64,000 bases of DNA from Candidatus Midichloria sp. (GTDB taxonomy: Bacteria > Pseudomonadota > Alphaproteobacteria > Rickettsiales > Midichloriaceae), in assembly GCA_030060845.1 (NCBI GenBank), contig CP094379.1:67737-131736 (forward strand), in the 5' to 3' direction. The translations under genes were made by a program, and so were the position numbers. This document shows positions 56,668 to 64,000 of the stretch, piece by piece. The notes under the pieces were generated by a model. It saw nothing but the letters and a program-made list of their open reading frames with translations. It had not been told where the DNA came from and searched no databases. How positions within the stretch are numbered: the stretch's first letter is position 1; every line of letters begins with the position of its first letter.

Positions 56668-57042
56668 ATGGTTTACGATCAACAGAACATATTTGCAAAA
56701 ATATTACGGAATGAAATTCCTTGTAATAAGGTTTATGAAGATCAATATGCTTTAGCTTTTCATGACCTAAATCCATCAGCACCAGTACACGTCCTTTTTA
56801 TTCCAAAAGGAGAGTTCATTTCTTTTAGCCATTTCATCGATACTGCTAATCATAATTTTATAGCTAGCTTTTTTACTTCTGTTCGAAGAGTCATTGAGAT
56901 ATTAGAAATTGAAAATTCTGGATACCGTATTATTTCTAACTGTGGGAGTGATGGTATGCAAACAGTATACCATTTCCATATACATATTTTAGGAAAAAAG
57001 AGGTTAGGGGCTTTGGTTTCTGGAGACAATTTTCATGCTTGA
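56668..57042 (+). CDS. hinT: HIT-family nucleotide hydrolase
   Basis: NIFAKIL, AFHDLNP.APVH, QTVYHFHIHILG. Confidence 0.93.
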   Translation: MVYDQQNIFAKILRNEIPCNKVYEDQYALAFHDLNPSAPVHVLFIPKGEFISFSHFIDTANHNFIASFFTSVRRVIEILEIENSGYRIISNCGSDGMQTVYHFHIHILGKKRLGALVSGDNFHA

Positions 57043-57531
57043 AAGTTGATAACCTTTTAGTATTTATAATATTACAAAATTATAAGTTTGCGTTTTTTCT
57101 GCAATTTCATATAATATTTCCGTTTTCCAAATAAATTTGGAGTCTTTGATTTTATAATAGTATTTATAAATTACGGATGCAAAGAAGGTGAGGGCACAGT
57201 ACCTTATTATTATGTTTATAGTTGATATAGAAAGCTCCCTTATTACAGACGTCACCCGAGGTAATAGGGCATAGCTGTTAAAGGGGTTAGAAATAATGTT
57301 AATAAGGACTAAAACTAAGTTCGAGCTAGAAGAAAACAGTTGCTCTTGGACGCTGAAAGTATATATTTCTAGTAAACTAAAAGTTATAAGCGTTTTGGCA
57401 GAAGTTCAGGAGTGCGAGTTAAACTTTTTGATATAATTTGTATTTTAAATCTAATTTATTGCAATAAAGGGAAAAAGTTATTACCATTGGGATAACTTTA
57501 CTGAGCTTAATGTTAAAGAAATTTTAATAAA

Positions 57532-59094
57532 ATGCAAGATTCATTATTTATTCAAGAAGAGTTAAATAAAAATAAATCCTATAAGGTGTTGGCACGAAAA
57601 TATAGACCAAAATCTTTTAACGAATTGATCGGTCAAGATATTTTAGTTAAAACTTTAACTAATGCCATAAAAATGAATAGATTCCCTCATGCCATATTAC
57701 TGACTGGGATTAGGGGTACGGGGAAAACTACTACTGCAAGAATTATAACCAAAATAATGAATTGCCATGGTATTGATTTGCAAGGAGGAAGCCTTAGCCC
57801 TTGCGAAAATTGTGATAGTTGTATTAATATTGCAGCTTCCCAACATACAGATGTTTTAGAGATGGATGCTGCAAGTCATACTAGTGTTAATGATATAAGG
57901 GTTATAATAGAAAATGCTTATTATGCTCCTGTCTCATCTCGTTTTAGGGCATATATAATAGATGAAGTACATATGCTTTCAACAAGTGCATTTAATGCAC
58001 TGTTGAAAACTTTAGAAGAACCGCCTCAGCACTTAATTTTTATATTTGCGACTACTGAAATTCAAAAAATTCCGCTAACAATTTTGTCTCGCTGCCAAAG
58101 GTTTGACTTGAGACGTGTCCCAGCAGAAATTTTAAAAAGTCATTATTTGAATATCTTAAACCAAGAGAATATCAGCATAGAAAATGAAGCAATTGATCTC
58201 ATAGTAAAAGCAGCTGATGGGTCAGTAAGAGATGGTTTATCTATCTTAGATCAAGCTATTGCTTTAAGCTATGGAACTATAAAAAATGAGTTAATAAGGG
58301 ATATGCTCTGTATAAACAATAAAGTACAGATCATTAGATTGTTCATGTATTTGATTGAAGGGCAGGTAAAAGAATTACTAAATTTAGTTAATAATCTTTA
58401 TAATTCTGGCGGTGATCCGGTAATGATTGCAAATCAATTGTTGGAATTAATTTATGAAATATCTAAATTTAAAACTTTAAATGACAAAAATTATATTACG
58501 GGTTTTAACCAGCTGCAGCTTGAAAAAGTACAATTGCTAAAAATATCTTTTTTATCAAGAAGTTGGCAAGTTATGCTCAGAGGTCTTAAAGAGATCAAAA
58601 TCTCTATGATGCCTTTACAGGCCCTAGAAATGGTATTAATCAGGTTGTGTTACTTAAATTCTTCCATAACGCCTGAAGAAATATTGAGTAAGTTAGATGA
58701 GAGTACTCAAGCAATAATCTCCAATACTGAACCTAGCCTAAAAGTTAGTGATATAAATAACTTATTGGCTATTTTATATGAAAAGAACGAATTAGGTCTT
58801 TATTATATGCTGCATAATGAAATTGCGATAGTAGAATTTAAGGAAGGAATGATGAAAATTAATCCATTAAATTATTCGCCTTATGGTTTGGTAAATATGC
58901 TAGAAAATAAGCTAAAAGAGATTACAAAAATAGATTGGCATATTGAATTAGTTAAAAACGATGCTTTAACGATTGGGTTACAAAATAAACAACAGCAAGA
59001 GGAAAAAAAAGAAGCCATTGCTAGCCATGATATGGTAAAAGAAGTTTTGAATCACTTTACAGGAAGCAAGATAATTGATATTAAAGTTCGTTAA
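57532..59094 (+). CDS. dnaX: DNA polymerase III subunit gamma/tau
   Basis: LARKYRP, GIRGTGKTT, IIDEVHMLS, LLKTLEEPP, ILSRCQRF. Confidence 0.98.
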   Translation: MQDSLFIQEELNKNKSYKVLARKYRPKSFNELIGQDILVKTLTNAIKMNRFPHAILLTGIRGTGKTTTARIITKIMNCHGIDLQGGSLSPCENCDSCINIAASQHTDVLEMDAASHTSVNDIRVIIENAYYAPVSSRFRAYIIDEVHMLSTSAFNALLKTLEEPPQHLIFIFATTEIQKIPLTILSRCQRFDLRRVPAEILKSHYLNILNQENISIENEAIDLIVKAADGSVRDGLSILDQAIALSYGTIKNELIRDMLCINNKVQIIRLFMYLIEGQVKELLNLVNNLYNSGGDPVMIANQLLELIYEISKFKTLNDKNYITGFNQLQLEKVQLLKISFLSRSWQVMLRGLKEIKISMMPLQALEMVLIRLCYLNSSITPEEILSKLDESTQAIISNTEPSLKVSDINNLLAILYEKNELGLYYMLHNEIAIVEFKEGMMKINPLNYSPYGLVNMLENKLKEITKIDWHIELVKNDALTIGLQNKQQQEEKKEAIASHDMVKEVLNHFTGSKIIDIKVR

Positions 59095-59115
59095 CTGTTA
59101 AATCTAAGAGAAAAT

Positions 59116-59427
59116 ATGAATATTCAACACATGATGAAACAAGCACAAATGCTTCAAAAAAAAATGAATGACATACAACAGCAGCTTGAAAATGTAGAGG
59201 TTACAGGATCAGCAGGGGGTGGCCTTGTTACATGTGTGACAACCGCAAAAGGTGTGATAAAGAAGGTTAATATCAATAAAGATTTAATGAATCCTGAAGA
59301 AGTTGAAGTCCTTGAAGATTTAATATGTGCATCACTAAGTGATGCAAAAAGAAAAGCTGATGAACTTGTCAATCAAAATATGAGCAGTTTTGGGCTTCCT
59401 CCGGATATGATGAAAATGATGTCTTAA
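59116..59427 (+). CDS. ybaB: YbaB/EbfC nucleoid-associated protein
   Basis: MMKQAQMLQ, GSAGGGLV, LEDLI; directly after dnaX. Confidence 0.94.
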   Translation: MNIQHMMKQAQMLQKKMNDIQQQLENVEVTGSAGGGLVTCVTTAKGVIKKVNINKDLMNPEEVEVLEDLICASLSDAKRKADELVNQNMSSFGLPPDMMKMMS

Positions 59428-59442
59428 TTAAGTAGATTATCG

Positions 59443-60708
59443 TTGATGCTGTATCTACATTTATATAGACTTGTATCCTTTTTATTATATCCGATCTGGC
59501 TGTTAGTGCTCAAGAAAAGAATCAAAAAGGGAAAAGAGGAAGAAGGACGGTACTTAGAAAAATTAGCAGTGATATCAGTTAAAAGGCCTAAAGGAAACTT
59601 AATATGGTTTCACGCTGCTAGTGTTGGTGAAATCAATATTATCATACCTCTTATTAAGCTTTATCATGAAAAATTTCCTGAGGATAATTTTTTGATTACT
59701 ACTACTACAGTCACTTCAGCAGAAGTTTTTAAAAAAGCTAAGATACACAATGCTATACATCAATATTTACCAATAGATGTACCATGTGTTGTTGAAAAAT
59801 TTTTTAAATATTGGAAACCTAACTTATCAGTTTTCACTGAATCAGAAATATGGCCTAATCTGTTGATAGAAGCTAAGAAGAATAGCCATGTGTTATTAAT
59901 TAACGGAAGACTTTCAGATCAATCGTTTTCTAAATGGAAGAACGTAAAATCCTTAATGGTTAGTTTGCTTAAAATGTATGATCAGGTGCTACCTGGTACT
60001 TCTATTGATTTAAAGAGATTTAGCTTTTTTTATCAAGACAATATACATTATCTTGGGAATTTGAAAAATGCTGCCCCTCCAATGTCATACAATTCTTCTC
60101 TATTTAAAAAATTAAAGGAAAGCATAATGGATCGCAAAGTAGTCGTCTATGCAAGTACTCATAGGGGAGAAGAAGAAATTATTATAAGTGTGCATGAGCA
60201 GTTGAAACAGCATTACAAAGATCTCTTAACCATTATAGTTCCACGGCATATAGATAGAACTGCTGAGATACTTAGAATGACTGCTCGCCATAAGCTAAAT
60301 GTTTCACTATATACTGACAATAATCATGTTATTGATAATAAAGATGAAATATATATTGGTAATGCTATAGGGGAGTTAGGAACTTTTTATAGATTAGCAG
60401 ATATAGCATTTGTTGGTGGGTCTTTGGTTGAAAGAGGGGGACACAACCTATTAGAGCCGGGCAAACTTGGATTAGCTGTGATAGTTGGACCTCATACTTT
60501 TAATTTTACTGAAATTGTGCAGAGTTTTTTAAGAAAAGAAGCAGTGATCATTGTTGCTAATCAAAAAGAACTTTATGAGAAAATTAAGAATTTATTTAAT
60601 GATAGTGAATATCTCAAAAAGGTACAAAAAAATGCTTTGAAGGTCTCAAAAAGCCAAGATGAAGTAATGAATTTATATATTGAAACTATTAATAAATACC
60701 TAATCTAA
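59443..60708 (+). CDS. waaA: Kdo transferase
   Basis: WFHAASVGE, ESEIWPN, GNLK, ASTHRGEE, VPRH, GGHNLLEP. Confidence 0.96.
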   Translation: MMLYLHLYRLVSFLLYPIWLLVLKKRIKKGKEEEGRYLEKLAVISVKRPKGNLIWFHAASVGEINIIIPLIKLYHEKFPEDNFLITTTTVTSAEVFKKAKIHNAIHQYLPIDVPCVVEKFFKYWKPNLSVFTESEIWPNLLIEAKKNSHVLLINGRLSDQSFSKWKNVKSLMVSLLKMYDQVLPGTSIDLKRFSFFYQDNIHYLGNLKNAAPPMSYNSSLFKKLKESIMDRKVVVYASTHRGEEEIIISVHEQLKQHYKDLLTIIVPRHIDRTAEILRMTARHKLNVSLYTDNNHVIDNKDEIYIGNAIGELGTFYRLADIAFVGGSLVERGGHNLLEPGKLGLAVIVGPHTFNFTEIVQSFLRKEAVIIVANQKELYEKIKNLFNDSEYLKKVQKNALKVSKSQDEVMNLYIETINKYLI

Positions 60709-60832
60709 CCCTAATCTATATTCATTCATTGGTATTTGCACAAAAAAGGGTAGGAATGTCAGACCCCAAAAGTTAAAGTCTATATAAAAACATGATAATA
60801 TATATTATGGAAAATGAGATTAGTTACAACAG

Positions 60833-61588
60833 TTACAACTTGTAGCCTCGGTGTATTGCTACAATTCCAAATGTTAATTTAGAGAAAGTAACAAATTCAA
60901 ACCCAGCTTCTTCAACTATATAAGCAAATTTTTGTGCTCTAGGAAAAAGTTTTATACTTTCTGAGAGGTATAAATAGTGATCTTCGCTTCTTGCAACTAA
61001 TTTACCTATTTTAGGAATTATATTAAAGGAATAAAATTCGTAAAACTTGCGTAAAACCTTGTTATTTATCTGAGAAAACTCTAAACATAAAAATCTGCCT
61101 CCTGGCTTTAAGACCCTCCTCACTTCCTGCAGAGCTTTTGGAATATTGCTAAAGTTTCGAATCCCAAATGAAATAGTGCAACAATCAAAGGTATTATCTT
61201 GAAAAGGTAAATTTTCAGCATTAGCACAAACGGTTTCTAATGGTAAGTTATAAAGCCCTTTATTAAAACGTTTCTTGTTTCCATGTTCCAGCATTTCGTT
61301 ATTTAGATCACATATAATAGCTCTTTTACCGCCCCCCTGGACAAACTTAAGAGCAATATCGCCAGTACCTCCTGCCAGGTCTAATAATATTTTCTCACTG
61401 CCTGGTCTTACTTCTGATATAAATTTTTCTTTCCAAATTCGATGCACTCCAAAACTCATCAAATCATTCATTAAGTCATATTTTTTTGCAACGTCACTAA
61501 ACACTTTTTGTACTTTTTCTTGCTTTTGGCTTTCTTTAACAATTTGAAAGCCGAAATTTACCTCTTTTTCTTTTGTTTCTTTTATCAT
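60833..61588 (-). CDS. ubiE: Ubiquinone/menaquinone C-methyltransferase
   Basis: VFSDVAKKYDLMNDLMS, LDLAGGTGD, ISFGIRN, LKPGG, YLSESI. Confidence 0.97.
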   Translation of the reverse strand: MIKETKEKEVNFGFQIVKESQKQEKVQKVFSDVAKKYDLMNDLMSFGVHRIWKEKFISEVRPGSEKILLDLAGGTGDIALKFVQGGGKRAIICDLNNEMLEHGNKKRFNKGLYNLPLETVCANAENLPFQDNTFDCCTISFGIRNFSNIPKALQEVRRVLKPGGRFLCLEFSQINNKVLRKFYEFYSFNIIPKIGKLVARSEDHYLYLSESIKLFPRAQKFAYIVEEAGFEFVTFSKLTFGIVAIHRGYKL

Positions 61589-62001
61589 GAACTTAATTGG
61601 AAAAGATTTTTTCTAGGATTATATGTTTCCAGCTAAAATGATTACTTAGGTCTGCCTTTCTAGTTGGAGCTATTTCTGCATGTCCTAAAAAATTAAAGAA
61701 GTTAATATTATAAGCCTTCTTTAAACTTTAAGAGAGAAATTCCTATACCACTAGAAAGGTTATTAGAGTTAATATCTACCAATTTCAGCTTATTCACTAT
61801 TTCCTGTATACCAAGCTTTTTGATCATCGTCCACTAAATTATTTTAGCAATATGGATTTTTCACTGAAGTTCAGTGATGGAATATGAAGCATTTAATATT
61901 TAATTTTTTAGCAATTTAACTTAATAGGAAAAATTTTCTTGCTCATTTTATTCTATTTTAATAGAATACGCTGGTGGTATTTAATATTTTGGGTAATAAG
62001 T

Positions 62002-62373
62002 ATGATGAGTTTATTCGTTGTTGAAGCTTTTGCTGCAGAGGCTACTGCATTATCAAGTAACTCTCTATTAAGCAATTTAATGCCAATTGCTTTAATAATG
62101 ATTGTTTTTTATTTTTTATTACTACGCCCTCAACAGAAGAAGATGAAAGAACATCAAAATATGATTAATGCTTTGGAGAAAGGTAGTACAGTGGTTTTTG
62201 GTAGCGGCATAATTGGAACCGTAAAAAGTGATGAAGAGCATATATTAGGTGTTGAAGTTGCTCCAAATGTTAAGATAAGAATTCGTCGAGAGTCTGTTAC
62301 TGAACTTATTAAAGATGAAGCAGTGAAGAAACCTTTAGAAGAGAAACCTGTAGAGAAAAAAGCAAAAAAGTAG
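62002..62373 (+). CDS. yajC: Preprotein translocase subunit YajC
   Basis: [27 protein letters not shown]. Confidence 0.93.
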   Translation: MMSLFVVEAFAAEATALSSNSLLSNLMPIALIMIVFYFLLLRPQQKKMKEHQNMINALEKGSTVVFGSGIIGTVKSDEEHILGVEVAPNVKIRIRRESVTELIKDEAVKKPLEEKPVEKKAKK

Positions 62374-62375
62374 AC

Positions 62376-62708
62376 ATGGCAAAAGTTAATTTTATAAATA
62401 AGGATGATTCCATTTCAACAGTGGAAGCTCCTATAGGTCTTTCTATATTAGAAATTGCCCACAAGCACAAAATCAACTTAGAAGGAGCATGCGAGGGATC
62501 TTTAGCCTGTTCTACCTGTCATGTAATAATTGATGAAAAAGATATAAAAAAGCTTGACCCAGTGAAAGAAGAAGAAGAAGATATGTTAGATCTTGCCTTT
62601 GGATTAACAAAAACTTCTAGGTTAGGTTGTCAAATTATAATGACCGAAAAGTTGGATGGAATAACTGTTAAATTACCTGCGGCAACGAGGAACATAATGC
62701 TTGATTAG
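62376..62708 (+). CDS. 2Fe-2S ferredoxin (adrenodoxin/ISC type)
   Basis: [28 protein letters not shown]. Confidence 0.95.
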   Translation: MAKVNFINKDDSISTVEAPIGLSILEIAHKHKINLEGACEGSLACSTCHVIIDEKDIKKLDPVKEEEEDMLDLAFGLTKTSRLGCQIIMTEKLDGITVKLPAATRNIMLD

Positions 62709-62721
62709 AGGTGAAGCTTAT

Positions 62722-63084
62722 ATGAATAGTCTGCTGTATCAATATATGCCGATATTAATATTTTTGATTATAGCCCTAGCCCTAGCCTTTGCTTTATTGG
62801 TAGTCCCATTCTTTGCATCTTCAATAAGGGACGATAGGGAAAAGTTATCTCAATATGAATGTGGATTTGAGGCTTTTAATACTAATGAACAATCAAGATT
62901 TGATATAAGGTTTTATTTAGTTTCTATCCTTTTTATTATATTTGATTTAGAAATTGCACTTTTGTTCCCGTGGGCGTTGGTAATGCAACAACTTGGAATT
63001 GTAGGGTTTGTTTCTATGATTACATTTCTTTTTATTTTAACAGTAGGTTTTATTTATGAGTGGAAAAATGGAGCTCTGGATTAG
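62722..63084 (+). CDS. nuoA: NADH-quinone oxidoreductase subunit A
   Basis: YECGF, FYLVSILFIIFDLEI, YEWKNGAL. Confidence 0.95.
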   Translation: MNSLLYQYMPILIFLIIALALAFALLVVPFFASSIRDDREKLSQYECGFEAFNTNEQSRFDIRFYLVSILFIIFDLEIALLFPWALVMQQLGIVGFVSMITFLFILTVGFIYEWKNGALD

Positions 63085-63111
63085 GAATAAAAATTAATAA
63101 GCGGTTTTTTC

Positions 63112-63481
63112 ATGTTAAATCCAACAAAAATTTTTATTCAGAAACAACAAGATACAGTACTGAACCAGGCAGCTGAAGAAATACAAGATCGTGGTTTTAT
63201 TATTACTCAAATAGATAAAGTTACTAATTGGGCAAGAAGTTCCTCGTTATGGCCCATGACCTTTGGGCTTGCATGTTGTGCTGTTGAAATGATGCAAGCT
63301 GCTGCAAGTAGGTATGACATGGATAAATACGGTATGCTTTTCAGACCAAGCCCTAGACAATCTGATGTTATGATAGTCGCTGGTACGTTAACCAATAAAA
63401 TGGCATCTGCACTTCGTAAAGTTTATGCTCAAATGCCTGAACCTCGTTAGGTTGTTTCAATGGGAAGTTGCGCAAATGGTG
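63112..63481 (+). pseudogene. nuoB: NADH-quinone oxidoreductase subunit B, nonsense mutation plus truncation
   Basis: [30 protein letters not shown] (TAG at 63448 replaces the aromatic residue); homology stops abruptly at ~63481. Confidence 0.92.
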
Positions 63482-64000
63482 TAAGCAAGGGAGTTGCAAT
63501 TGAAACCATGCCCATACCAACAACAGTAAACCATATACTTGATTGAGCCCAAGATACTGCTTTTTTTGTAATTCATATGAGGTTTTCATTATTAGCCAGC
63601 TTGATCCAACAAACAAATAACCAGCAGCAAGACACACTGCCACCAGCAAATTAAACGATAAATAACATATATCACTTTGAAATCTAGTAATATAAGAGCC
63701 CAACATATAACCTTGAGCCAGCGAAGTTAGAGTTGACCCTATGATGAAGCAATTGTCCCACCTATCTTTATGGTTAGCTTGAGCTTTTGCTCTAAAATCA
63801 AACGATACACCACGCAGAATTAACCCTATGGACATTATAACCGCTGGTAAATATAAAGCCGTTAGTATGGCTCCATGAGCCATTGGAAATGCAACAAGAA
63901 GTATACCGACACCAAATACTAACCAAGTTTCATTAGCATCCCAAAATGGTCCAATGGAAGCAATCATAATGTCGCGTTCCTGCAAAGTCGCATATTTCAT
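63478..64000 (-). pseudogene. cydB: Cytochrome bd ubiquinol oxidase subunit II, frameshifted and 3'-truncated (5' end outside the window)
   Basis: IGPFWDANETWLV, LILRGVSFDFR; -1 frameshift in an A7 run at ~63561-63567, then AVSWAQ..GMVSIATPL abutting nuoB. Confidence 0.88.

Noticed and set aside
57060-57530. Searched upstream of dnaX for the SRP RNA (ffs)
   Set aside because: No SRP domain IV motif found; the region looks like an eroded small membrane-protein gene

Overview
Strongly AT-rich chromosomal window from an alphaproteobacterial endosymbiont of the Rickettsiales. Midichloriaceae is the most likely family, inferred from the permuted two-piece tmRNA with tag ANNKFVPANSNFMPALQAA together with coaX, glpX and Kdo/lipid A genes. 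Intact housekeeping genes (dnaK, gatB, recO, tig-clpP-clpX, hflKC, rodA, dnaX, kdsA/kdsB/lpxB/waaA, smpB, folC, ubiE, coq7, rnpB, ssrA, tRNA-Val) alternate with many eroded genes and IS5, IS982 and IS256 relics. Decay is concentrated in energy metabolism and repair: icd, cytochrome c, nuoB, cydB and mfd are broken, and sucC-sucD is collapsed into one internally deleted but fully in-frame fusion ORF. The first ~9 kb is an accessory island around tRNA-Val(GAC). It holds a broken PI-kinase/HipA-like effector, a relic of a Rickettsiales plasmid/RAGE-type DnaA_N protein, and two large tandem orphan ORFs (468 and 832 aa, the second with a frameshifted tail). These two ORFs share a duplicated ~175-aa domain that I do not recognise, each copy followed by a eukaryote-type PP1-docking (RVxF, plus SILK in one case) motif. 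This pair is the best candidate for an undescribed host-manipulation system. All family calls come from manual motif recognition; no database search was run.
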